DNA of 64,000 nt, taken from Clostridia bacterium (GTDB lineage Bacteria > Bacillota > Clostridia > Saccharofermentanales > UBA5734). The notes beneath the pieces were generated by a model. It ran no database searches. It was not told the DNA's origin and saw only the letters and a program-made list of their open reading frames with translations. The DNA lies in the NCBI GenBank assembly GCA_040776905.1, contig JAXGZQ010000001.1, positions 1,564,400-1,628,399 on the forward strand, given 5' to 3'. Positions 9,578 to 18,304 of the stretch are shown here, one piece after another (within the stretch, counting starts at the first letter, position 1; every line of letters starts with the position of its first letter). Both the position numbers and the translations under genes were made by a program.

Positions 9578-10954
9578 TCAGCCAACGGTCGGTTTCGCCC
9601 AGGGCAGGGTGGCGAGAAAGGTTTCGAGAAGTCCGCAGTCATCCAGCAGCTTAAACAGGCTGTAGCGTGAACGGTAATCCTTGCCCATACTTAGTGAGAC
9701 ACTGACTTGATCAGGTTCGATCTGCAGGTCCTGCGGCAGCCGCGGGGCCTGCAGTTTTTTCTGTACATTGATGATGGTCTCATAGGGTGGCAGATCAGCG
9801 ATGATGTCACGCAATCGGGGCCACCGTTCTCTGGCCCGGTCAATCCGCCGACGCTGTTCGTCCGGAGTGAGAAAATCATCCGGGTTTTCCGCGATGATCA
9901 TGCGTCCGGCTTCCTCGCCATAGGCCGCCATGATCTGCCAGGCTCTCTGTTCATGGCTGATCCTTTGCGCCAGGACGGCGTCCGGGTCGACGAAATTGAG
10001 TTGATTATCGGCGGCAAACAACGTATAAACCGGCCAGATCATCAAGGTTGACAAGCCGACGGCCAGCCCGTGCGGCGGTTGGCGGCGGCCGCGCGCCAGC
10101 TGCATCATATCCCAGAGATGGACGATATTATGTTCAACGGAAGCGACTGCCCGGGTATGGCCGATGATCATGATGGTCAGACCTGCCAGCAGCAGCGCTT
10201 CGGTCAGCAGACGGATACCGGCTTCGCTGCGGCTGATGATGGCATCGATATGCTCAGTGACGCGGTCGACCGCGGCAATGACCATCTCGGCACACAAAGG
10301 GCAGAATGCTTCGTCATTAATCTCCTGCCCGATGCGCCAGTCTGTGATCGCGATGTATTTGCCGAGGACATCACCAACACCTCCGGCAATCATTTCCATC
10401 GGGGCCTGGCGCAGGATATCGAGATCACAGAGAATCAGATCCGGACTGTGGGCCTGGCGGTGTATTTTGCTGCCACGCAGAAGCAGCGGCGCGACCACCG
10501 AGGTATAGCCGTCCATGGACGGGGCCGTCGCGACGGCAGCAAATGGTTTGCCGGTCCGCATCGCGGCGATTCGTGTGGTATCCGTCAGTGAACCTGATCC
10601 GACGCTGATCAGGAAATCCGTTGTGTCTGTCATGGTCAGCAGCACTTCGCCACAGGCCGTTTCATCCGGCAGCATCTCGCCGTCACGCCTGATCAGGCAG
10701 ACATCCACCTTGAAACCACGCTGGCGGAGCTGTTCACAGACTTCGCGCCCAGCCAGCGGCCAGGTCTTGTCATCCGCGACCAGCACCGCCTGTGTTCCCG
10801 GCAGATAGCGGCTGATCAGTTCACCCGCCCGGGCCAGCAGGCCACGGCCGACATGAATCGGACGGTCCGGCATCTGATGGGTCAGACCACAATCGCACGC
10901 GATCCCATCGAGCAGCAGACGCTGATTGTCATCATAGCTGAGCGTAACGGACAT
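9578..10954 (-). CDS. sn-glycerol-1-phosphate dehydrogenase family protein (AraM/EgsA-like, iron-ADH superfamily) with a C-terminal extension
   Basis: GSGSLTDTTR nucleotide loop and DGYTS/H...H metal ligand pattern typical of G1PDH/DHQS-like enzymes. GAAGGAGGG SD before ATG 10954. Confidence 0.65.
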   Translation of the reverse strand: MSVTLSYDDNQRLLLDGIACDCGLTHQMPDRPIHVGRGLLARAGELISRYLPGTQAVLVADDKTWPLAGREVCEQLRQRGFKVDVCLIRRDGEMLPDETACGEVLLTMTDTTDFLISVGSGSLTDTTRIAAMRTGKPFAAVATAPSMDGYTSVVAPLLLRGSKIHRQAHSPDLILCDLDILRQAPMEMIAGGVGDVLGKYIAITDWRIGQEINDEAFCPLCAEMVIAAVDRVTEHIDAIISRSEAGIRLLTEALLLAGLTIMIIGHTRAVASVEHNIVHLWDMMQLARGRRQPPHGLAVGLSTLMIWPVYTLFAADNQLNFVDPDAVLAQRISHEQRAWQIMAAYGEEAGRMIIAENPDDFLTPDEQRRRIDRARERWPRLRDIIADLPPYETIINVQKKLQAPRLPQDLQIEPDQVSVSLSMGKDYRSRYSLFKLLDDCGLLETFLATLPWAKPTVG

Positions 10955-11106
10955 AAAGCCCTCCTTCATCATGGCCCGGAAGATCCGTTGACAGGCCTTG
11001 CCTCCGGCTGTCTTCATTGTCAGAAACAGCCGACAGCGTTATTATATCATCGTCAGGCTCCGGCCGGCGGATCCCCGTTACTTGATATGATGATGACGGA
11101 GGCACC

Positions 11107-11664
11107 ATGAGAACTGTCTACTACACAGACCGGCTGATACTGCGTGTTCTCAAAGGCCGCGACGCGAAGCTGGTATGTGATTACTATCAACGCAACGAAG
11201 CTTTTCTGCGCGAATGGGAGCCACAGCGGGACGCTGATTTTTTTACCAGACGCGGACAACGGCGTGATCTCGCAGCGGAATACCGCATGATCCGGCGCGA
11301 GCAGATGCTGAAACTCTGGCTGTTCAAGCGTGAGGATCCGGAACGGGTCATTGGCATGATCTCATTCACCAATCTGCTGTACGGGGATTTCTGTTCCTGT
11401 TTTCTCGGCTATAAGCTGGACCAGGCGGAAATCAACCGCGGTTATATGACCGAAGCGCTGGAGTACGGGATTGAACTGATGTTCCGGCAGTACGGACTGC
11501 ATCGGATCGAGGCGAATATCATGCCGCATAATGTCCGTTCACTGCGTGTTGTTGAAAAACTGGGATTCAAGCAGGAAGGACTGGCCCGCCGCTACCTCAA
11601 GATCAACGGGCAGTGGCGCGACCACATTCATATGACGCTGCTCAACCAGCAGATGGAAGCGTAA
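11107..11664 (+). CDS. GNAT family N-acetyltransferase (RimJ/RimL-like)
   Basis: 185 aa. Acetyl-CoA motif region NVRSLRVVEKLGFKQEG. GGAGG SD. Confidence 0.85.
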   Translation: MRTVYYTDRLILRVLKGRDAKLVCDYYQRNEAFLREWEPQRDADFFTRRGQRRDLAAEYRMIRREQMLKLWLFKREDPERVIGMISFTNLLYGDFCSCFLGYKLDQAEINRGYMTEALEYGIELMFRQYGLHRIEANIMPHNVRSLRVVEKLGFKQEGLARRYLKINGQWRDHIHMTLLNQQMEA

Positions 11665-12555
11665 AGCCGCGGGACGGCCGTCCGGATATTCCGCGCTCAG
11701 CCGGAACTGTTCCCCGTCACTGACAGCCTGAATGGTTCCCTGCAGATCAGTCCGCCAGATGTCAATGCCACGCTGGTTCAGCCGGTCGATCACCGTCGCG
11801 ACCGGGTGGCCGTAGCGGTTGCCTGCGGCAACGGAAATGACCGCCGTCTCCGGGCGTACCCGATCGAGCCATTCATCAGATGTTGAGGTCGCGCTGCCGT
11901 GATGGGCGACTTTTAGAAGATCGGCCCTGATCTCTGCCTGGCGCTCCATGACGCTCTCTTCAGCAGGGAATCCCGCGTCGCCGGCTGAGAGAAACGCTGT
12001 CCGGCCAAAAGTGATCCGGCTGATGACGCAGCTGTTGTTCAAATCATCGGGGTCAGTTTCTTCTGGTCCAAGGATCTCCAGACGGGCCTGGCCCAGCTGA
12101 TAGCGCAGACCAGGTCTGGCCGCGATGATGCGCAGCTGGTGTTTCCGGATGGTGAGGAGCAACTCTTCATAAAGGGCTGTCGTATGGCTGACACGGGGCA
12201 TGATAATCTGATCAACCGGAAATTCCTCCATGACCGCGGCCAGCCCGCCGATATGATCAGCATGCGGATGGGTCGCGATAATCGCGTCGAGATGATCAAT
12301 TCGCAGCTGTTTAAGGGTGCTTATAATCAGCGGGCCCTGTCCGATGTCGCCGCCGTCAATGAGCAAAGCGTGCTTCCCCTGCGTGACCAGTGTGGCATCG
12401 CCCTGGCCGACATCGATGAAGGTGACAGTCAGCGTGCCCTGAACCGAGTGGGCGTCACTGACCCGCCAGTCCGCTGAACTGCCGGAAGTGAGCAGAAACA
12501 GGCTGAACATGATCAGCAGGAGCAGTCGATGCTTTTTGCGCCGACGCTGATTCAT
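11539..12555 (-). CDS. ComEC/Rec2-related secreted MBL-fold hydrolase
   Basis: Signal/TM N-terminus; HPHADHIGG metallo-beta-lactamase motif. ATGA overlap with the DUF3006 gene. The C-terminal ~45 aa tail overlaps the convergent GNAT gene. Confidence 0.8.
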   Translation of the reverse strand: MNQRRRKKHRLLLLIMFSLFLLTSGSSADWRVSDAHSVQGTLTVTFIDVGQGDATLVTQGKHALLIDGGDIGQGPLIISTLKQLRIDHLDAIIATHPHADHIGGLAAVMEEFPVDQIIMPRVSHTTALYEELLLTIRKHQLRIIAARPGLRYQLGQARLEILGPEETDPDDLNNSCVISRITFGRTAFLSAGDAGFPAEESVMERQAEIRADLLKVAHHGSATSTSDEWLDRVRPETAVISVAAGNRYGHPVATVIDRLNQRGIDIWRTDLQGTIQAVSDGEQFRLSAEYPDGRPAALRFHLLVEQRHMNVVAPLPVDLEVAAGQSFLLESQFFNNTQ

Positions 12556-12785
12556 TCGAACAGCTCATCCATGAGCTGGCTGATTCGCTGTCGTGCCGAC
12601 TCGGTGCCCTGTTCATCAATCTGCCAGCATCCATTCTGATCGATCAGGAGCCAGTCGCCCGGACGGGCCTCGTCCGGCAGTTGAGACCGGAGCAGCCGCA
12701 GCATGGCGTGGTCGGGAAGCTCGATCAGAGCGAAATTACCGTCAAAGCGATCGATACAGCCCCGGATATAGCCTGAATGGTTCAT
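12552..12785 (-). CDS. DUF3006 domain protein
   Basis: 77 aa (MNHSGYIRGCIDRFDGNFALIELPDH...). Typical small partner upstream of ComEC-like MBL genes. AGGAGA SD before ATG 12785. Confidence 0.7.
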   Translation of the reverse strand: MNHSGYIRGCIDRFDGNFALIELPDHAMLRLLRSQLPDEARPGDWLLIDQNGCWQIDEQGTESARQRISQLMDELFE

Positions 12786-12925
12786 GTGTTTTCTCCTGCC
12801 TGTCATCGTCTGCGCTTATTATACCTGAACCGGACATCTGTGCCGACCAGATCGCCTGTGTCATGAACGGTTATTATGATAGAATAATGACCATCAGATC
12901 GGCTTTGCCGGAGGGGGGTTGGCCT

Positions 12926-13540
12926 GTGCTCGTTATTGATGGCGCTGACATGAATCAGAAAATTGATCTGTTCGATGTCTCTTCCGGCAGTCTGCTGGCC
13001 AATCCCAGTGCCATGAGACTGATTTTTTCCCTTGATGGTCTGGATATTGTGGTCGCCCTGAGTGCCGTAGAACCCGTCCGCTCTGACTCTGAACCGGTCC
13101 AGTCGGACCGGGCCGATCGGAAGCGGACACTTGAAGTCTATCTGATCGGGGATTCGGACGATTTTCTGGCCAGTGAAGTACGCTGTGCCCTGGTCTGTGA
13201 TTATCGCTTTGATTCACGGGACTGTTTGAAGGAAAGCCGTCATCTGCTGGCACAGGCGGAATTCTGGAACCGGTCGACGCTGAACCGGCCGGGTCGGGTT
13301 TTACAGACGATCCGCCATATCATGAAGGCGATTCTGATGCTTTCCGAACTGAGTCTGGATCAGCAGCTGGCCAGCCATTACGAAATCGAAGTGCAGGATG
13401 ACCAGGGGTACTGGCAGGAAGAATTTGAGATCTGGGATCTGCTGGCCTGGGCTGAAAACGAGGACGCCGCCTTCGAGGCTGTCTTCGAAGATGACGACGC
13501 AGAGGCATTGGCTGTCGATGATGAGGAGGGTTTGGACTGA
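12926..13540 (+). CDS. hypothetical acidic protein (start uncertain: GTG 12926, or ATG 12863/12887/12950)
   Basis: The open frame runs from 12593, but its first 190 nt are antisense to the DUF3006 gene. GGAGGGGGG SD precedes GTG 12926. Very acidic C-terminus (EDDDAEALAVDDEEGLD). Confidence 0.45.
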   Translation: MLVIDGADMNQKIDLFDVSSGSLLANPSAMRLIFSLDGLDIVVALSAVEPVRSDSEPVQSDRADRKRTLEVYLIGDSDDFLASEVRCALVCDYRFDSRDCLKESRHLLAQAEFWNRSTLNRPGRVLQTIRHIMKAILMLSELSLDQQLASHYEIEVQDDQGYWQEEFEIWDLLAWAENEDAAFEAVFEDDDAEALAVDDEEGLD

Positions 13541-13649
13541 TGGCCGTGCCTGCCTTGCATTTTGATTCAGACGGGAAGACAATATAGACAGGAACAAGCC
13601 GCGCCTGTGTATCAAATCAACTTCAATCAATCAAGCGGAGGGTCGTATT

Positions 13650-13982
13650 ATGGATACACAATCAGGTTCGTCAAATCAGCGGCCGCTGATGAAACTTGTT
13701 TTTTGGCTTGGACTTGCCAGTGTGATCATTGTTTTACTGGGTGTCATCGCCGGATGGTTGATTCCAGCGATTGGAATGGCTGATTTCTTGCCACTGGCGA
13801 TGTTGTCCGGGCTGGCCAGCGTCGTGATCTGGCTATCCATGCGAAGTCGCAGCCGGACCGCGAGCCCTCAGGATCAACGGATGGGGAGGGCAGGTTTTAT
13901 CCTTGGCTGTTGCGGCCTGGGAATCGCGATTCTCATACGTCTGCTGGTCTTTGTCTTTTTCCTGCCCTGGCTGAACCGATAA
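13650..13982 (+). CDS. small integral membrane protein (3 predicted TM helices)
   Basis: 110 aa with hydrophobic segments. GGAGGG SD 8 nt upstream. Confidence 0.6.
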   Translation: MDTQSGSSNQRPLMKLVFWLGLASVIIVLLGVIAGWLIPAIGMADFLPLAMLSGLASVVIWLSMRSRSRTASPQDQRMGRAGFILGCCGLGIAILIRLLVFVFFLPWLNR

Positions 13983-14064
13983 TTGAAATGATGACGCTCT
14001 CCAGTCGTCTTTCGTGATCGCGGAGCCGCTGGAGAACCGATGAGAAAACCAACAGGAGCTATTT

Positions 14065-14943
14065 ATGCGATTGACATTTCTCGGCACGGGTGCCGGTGAG
14101 GGATACCCCGGACGCTGGTGCGACTGCCATCACTGCCGCTATGCCCGCCAGCACGGCGGCAAGAACATCCGAATGAACAGCTGTGCCATGATCGACGACG
14201 ATCTGCTGCTTGACCTGAACGGTGAGTGTTTCGCCACCGCCGCTTGGAAGTCGATTGATCTTCTGCAGGCGCGCTATCTGCTGGTCACGCATGCGCATGA
14301 AGACCATTTCGTTCCGCAGCATCTGATCTGGCGCCGAATGCCGGAAGGCGCGGATCGTCTTACACCAGATGCCATGCGGCCGATCGCCGCCCCGCGCTTT
14401 ACCCCGCTGCCGCATCTGACGGTGATCGGCAATCACTATGTTGAGGCCGCTCTGCGGGCCAGGATCCCGGCTGATCAGGAAGCGGACGGCTATGCAATGT
14501 CCTTCCAGACAGCGCAGGCCGGTGTCCCGCTGGAATATCCCGGTCTTCGGATCATGCCGGTTCAGTCACGCCACGGGTCCAGTGACGATTTTGCTTTGAA
14601 CTATATCATCGAGCGCGGGGGAAAAACCATTCTGTATGCCCTGGATACCGGCGGCTATACGGATGCCATGATCGATATCCTGCGCCGGTTCCGTTATGAT
14701 CTGATCGTGATGGAAGGGACGCGTGGTGATGTTGACGCGGATCCGGGCGGTCATATGAACATGAAGAAAAATCTGGCGATGGCCAAGTTTTTCCGCAGCG
14801 AGCATTTGCTTGTGCCGGGGGGGCGTTTCATTCTCTCCCATCTGTCGCCGCACTGGACCCCGCCACATGACAAATATGAGCCCATGATGCGTGAACATCA
14901 GATCGATGTCGCGTATGACGGTCTGCAGATCACCGTTAACTGA
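14065..14943 (+). CDS. MBL-fold metallo-hydrolase (PhnP-like)
   Basis: THAHEDH motif and an N-terminal Cys cluster WCDCHHC. AGGAG SD. Confidence 0.8.
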   Translation: MRLTFLGTGAGEGYPGRWCDCHHCRYARQHGGKNIRMNSCAMIDDDLLLDLNGECFATAAWKSIDLLQARYLLVTHAHEDHFVPQHLIWRRMPEGADRLTPDAMRPIAAPRFTPLPHLTVIGNHYVEAALRARIPADQEADGYAMSFQTAQAGVPLEYPGLRIMPVQSRHGSSDDFALNYIIERGGKTILYALDTGGYTDAMIDILRRFRYDLIVMEGTRGDVDADPGGHMNMKKNLAMAKFFRSEHLLVPGGRFILSHLSPHWTPPHDKYEPMMREHQIDVAYDGLQITVN

Positions 14944-14978
14944 TGGTATAAACCGCCAATAACGCAGGAGGAGTTCAG

Positions 14979-16331
14979 ATGAGCCGAACAGACAGAAAAC
15001 CCAATGTGATCGTGTTTTTCACAGATCAACAGCGCTGGGATACGACCGGTGTCCATGGCAATCCGCTCGGACTGACGCCGAATTTTGATCGCCTGGCGAC
15101 ACAGGGGACCCATCTTTTCCATTCGTTTACCTGCCAGCCGGTCTGCGGTCCGGCCCGGGCCTGTCTGCAGACCGGATTGTATCCGACTCAGATCGGCTGC
15201 TGGCGGAATGACCGTCCGCTGCCGCGTGATCAGCGGACATTGGCGCATCATTTCCGCGATGGCGGTTACAGGACAGGGTATATCGGCAAGTGGCATCTGG
15301 CTGACCGTGATCCGGTTCCGGCTGACCAGCGCGGTGGCTATGAGGACTGGCTGGGAGCCAATCTGCTGGAGATGACATCCGATGCCTATGACACCGTCGT
15401 CTATGATCAGGATGAAAACGAAGTCAAACTGCCGGGTTATCGCGCTGACGCCCTGACTGACGCGGCGATCCGCTATATCGATCAGCATCAGGCTGATCCG
15501 TTTTTTATGTTTCTGTCATTTCTTGAACCGCATCATCAAAACCATATTGATGACTATCCTGCCCCGGACGGCTATCGTGACCGCTACACCGGCCGCTGGA
15601 CCCCTCCGGATCTCGCGGCGCTGGGCGGATCGTCGCCACAGCATCTCGGCGGTTATTATGGCATGGTCAAGCGGCTGGATGAATGCCTTGGGCGGCTGCA
15701 GGACAGTTTGAAGAGCCTGGGCCTCAACGACAACACCATCATTCTCTATACCGCAGATCATGCCTGCCATTTCAAGACCCGCAATTCGGAGTATAAGCGG
15801 TCCGCTCACGAAAGCTCGATCAGGGTGCCGACGGCGCTCTGCGGTCCCGGCTTTACTGGCGGCGGACAGATCCGCCAGCTTGTCTCGCTCATTGATCTTC
15901 CGCCGACCCTGCTTGACGCGGCGGGTCTTCCCATTCCCGAGTCCATGCAGGGACATTCCATTCTTCCTCTGCTTCATGGACAGACATCGGACTGGCAGGA
16001 TGATGTGTTTGTTCAGATCAGTGAGTCGCAGGTCGGACGTGCCGTCCGGACATCCCGCTGGAAGTACGCGGTGACCGCGCCGGATCGTGACGGCTGGAAT
16101 GACGCAGATGCCGCCTGCTATACAGAGGATCTGCTCTATGATCTGATTGCAGATCCTTATGAACTGAACAATCTGATCGAACGTGAATCACATCGCGAAG
16201 TAGCGGAACGGATGCGTGAGCGCTTGCTGCGGCGGATGCGCCAGGCAGGTGAGATGGAACCTGAAATCAAAAAATCGGTTCGCGGCGGCCAGGCCGCCAA
16301 CCGGCTGACCCGGCAGGACATCAACAACTGA
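14979..16331 (+). CDS. Cys-type sulfatase (formylglycine-dependent), no signal peptide
   Basis: N-terminal PNVIVFFTDQQRWD and the CGPAR (CxPxR) motif followed by ACLQTG. AGGAGGAG SD. Confidence 0.9.
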   Translation: MSRTDRKPNVIVFFTDQQRWDTTGVHGNPLGLTPNFDRLATQGTHLFHSFTCQPVCGPARACLQTGLYPTQIGCWRNDRPLPRDQRTLAHHFRDGGYRTGYIGKWHLADRDPVPADQRGGYEDWLGANLLEMTSDAYDTVVYDQDENEVKLPGYRADALTDAAIRYIDQHQADPFFMFLSFLEPHHQNHIDDYPAPDGYRDRYTGRWTPPDLAALGGSSPQHLGGYYGMVKRLDECLGRLQDSLKSLGLNDNTIILYTADHACHFKTRNSEYKRSAHESSIRVPTALCGPGFTGGGQIRQLVSLIDLPPTLLDAAGLPIPESMQGHSILPLLHGQTSDWQDDVFVQISESQVGRAVRTSRWKYAVTAPDRDGWNDADAACYTEDLLYDLIADPYELNNLIERESHREVAERMRERLLRRMRQAGEMEPEIKKSVRGGQAANRLTRQDINN

Positions 16332-16375
16332 AGCCGGGTGCTGCCTGCGTCCGGGAGTCAACTGAAGGAGATACG

Positions 16376-17083
16376 ATGAAAAACATGAAACCGAAAACGG
16401 TTCTGGTTACCGGAGCCGCACGTGGACTGGGCCTGGAACTGGTCCGCCATCATTTGCAGCGGGGTGACCATGTCGCGGCCTGGGTGCGTTCGTCCGGTCC
16501 GGCACTTGAAGCACTCCGTTCAGCATCGCCTCAGCTTCTTGTCATGCAGGCTGATATCAGCCGGACCGTGCAGGTTCGACAGGCCGCTGACACATTGAAG
16601 CAGCACTGGCAGCAGTTGGACATCCTCTACAACAACGCGGGAATCTATCGTGCGGCGGATCTGGCGGATCTGGCTGAAACAGATCTTGACCAGCTGAGCT
16701 CCATGTATGAGATCAACGCGGTCGGAGCCTTGCGTGTGGCCCAGCAGATGCTGCCCCTGCTGCATGACGATTCAGTCATTCTGAATGTTTCATCCGAAGC
16801 CGGCAGCCTGGGACAGTGCTGGCGCAAATCCGAATACGCCTACGCGATGTCAAAAGCGGCTTTGAATATGGGCTCGCTGATTCTCAGCCGCGCAGTCAAG
16901 GAGCAGGGGATTCGTGTATTCGTGGTCCATCCCGGCTACCTGAAAACGGAGATGGGCGGACCGGGAGCGACCGATGACACGGCTGAACGGGCGGCCTGCC
17001 TCGCGCAGATCACACTGAATCCGCAGAAGATTCCCGCTGATCGGATTTATATCGATCATCTGGGGCAGCCGCTGCCCTGGTAA
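16376..17083 (+). CDS. SDR family oxidoreductase (paralogue of 31063-31773)
   Basis: TGAARGLG, NNAG and YAMSK motifs. Shares the C-terminal ...GQPLPW ending with the other two paralogues. Confidence 0.85.
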   Translation: MKNMKPKTVLVTGAARGLGLELVRHHLQRGDHVAAWVRSSGPALEALRSASPQLLVMQADISRTVQVRQAADTLKQHWQQLDILYNNAGIYRAADLADLAETDLDQLSSMYEINAVGALRVAQQMLPLLHDDSVILNVSSEAGSLGQCWRKSEYAYAMSKAALNMGSLILSRAVKEQGIRVFVVHPGYLKTEMGGPGATDDTAERAACLAQITLNPQKIPADRIYIDHLGQPLPW

Positions 17084-17124
17084 ACGGGTCTGCCAGGAAC
17101 TGGAGCTAATAAAGAACGGGTGGA

Positions 17125-18069
17125 TCAGCTGTCCGGTGTAGCCGGATAAAGACTGTGATCAAAGGTGTAGTAGTCGAATCCGTGGCGATCCGTATAATAG
17201 GCCGCGAGATCCGCGTCGGTCCGCATGAATCCGTCAAATGGAAACTCGATATTGCGTGGTGTGGCGTCGAAATGGTACCAGCCTTCTCCCAGATTGATCA
17301 AATTCCAGTAGTGATCGGTACTGACGACCCCTTCCAGGCGCTGAATCGGCAGATTTTCGATACCCGCTTCAGTCAGGAGCAGGCGGGATGTGGCGTAATA
17401 GGTAAAGCAATCGCCATAACCGCGGACCAGTCCGTCATAGGCGGCATTGTCTTCGGATGATTTATCCGAATGTCCGATGTATTTAATTGAGTCATGGACA
17501 TAACGATAGATGGCATAGGCCCGGTCGCGAGGCGTCATCGCATCGTCAAGAATTTCATCCAGGACCTGGCGGGCTTCAGCCCGGACCAGCTCAGGATCGA
17601 CCAGAAAGGTCAGAACGGTCACCACTGCCTCGATTTCCGTGGTATTTCCGGCCTGATCAATGGCCCGGTAGATCACAGGATAGGAACCGGGTTCGTTTAT
17701 ATTGACTTGCTGCGGATCCACCGTCAGCTCAACCGCTGCATCACGATTATCTGTCGCTGTCACATGACCCAGATAGGAAATCGGCTTGCCAACTTCTGTG
17801 AGAAGATCCCGGATGCCGTGAATTTCCGGAGGGATAAGGTCAGGGGCCTGCGTTGTCGTTTCTGCCGTTTTCGTTGGATCGGGCTCTGTCGCGGTTGCTT
17901 CACCCGGTTCTGACTGGCTTGCGGCTGGCGAAGTGGTCGTCACCGTCAAAGGTTGAGTCGATTCCGTCAATTGGGTCAGGCCGCTCGTAATATAAATGAT
18001 GAACAGGATGATCAATCCAATCATCAAGAGAGACAGGATCAGCAGCACGATTTGTTTCGTGAGGGCCAT
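17125..18069 (-). CDS. membrane-anchored transglutaminase-like protein with an Ig-like domain
   Basis: N-terminal TM, Thr/Pro linker and Ig-like segment. Transglutaminase core GDCFTYY...HYWNL...FDAT (Cys-His-Asp). GGAGGAA SD favours ATG 18069. Confidence 0.8.
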   Translation of the reverse strand: MALTKQIVLLILSLLMIGLIILFIIYITSGLTQLTESTQPLTVTTTSPAASQSEPGEATATEPDPTKTAETTTQAPDLIPPEIHGIRDLLTEVGKPISYLGHVTATDNRDAAVELTVDPQQVNINEPGSYPVIYRAIDQAGNTTEIEAVVTVLTFLVDPELVRAEARQVLDEILDDAMTPRDRAYAIYRYVHDSIKYIGHSDKSSEDNAAYDGLVRGYGDCFTYYATSRLLLTEAGIENLPIQRLEGVVSTDHYWNLINLGEGWYHFDATPRNIEFPFDGFMRTDADLAAYYTDRHGFDYYTFDHSLYPATPDS

Positions 18070-18304
18070 ATGGGTCAGTTCCTCCGCCAAGGTGTCAGCA
18101 TGCGGTCAGTCTTTTTGTGAGAAATATCATATCACAGTGTTCAGACTTCTGTCTGCCTGGGGACGAAACCGGATGCTCCGGTCAATATTTGTCATTTAAC
18201 TTTGAATCCGCTATGCTATACCTGATTTGATTTTTTCAGACTGCCGCCGCGGTTTGAACCGATCTTCATTAACAATCGCAACGCTTGAATGACTGAGGTC
18301 CGAG

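Noticed and set aside
12593-12925. The long form (315 aa) of the ORF 12593..13540
   Set aside because: Its first ~190 nt are antisense to the well-supported DUF3006 gene and there is no SD at 12593. A GGAGGGGGG SD precedes GTG 12926 instead.
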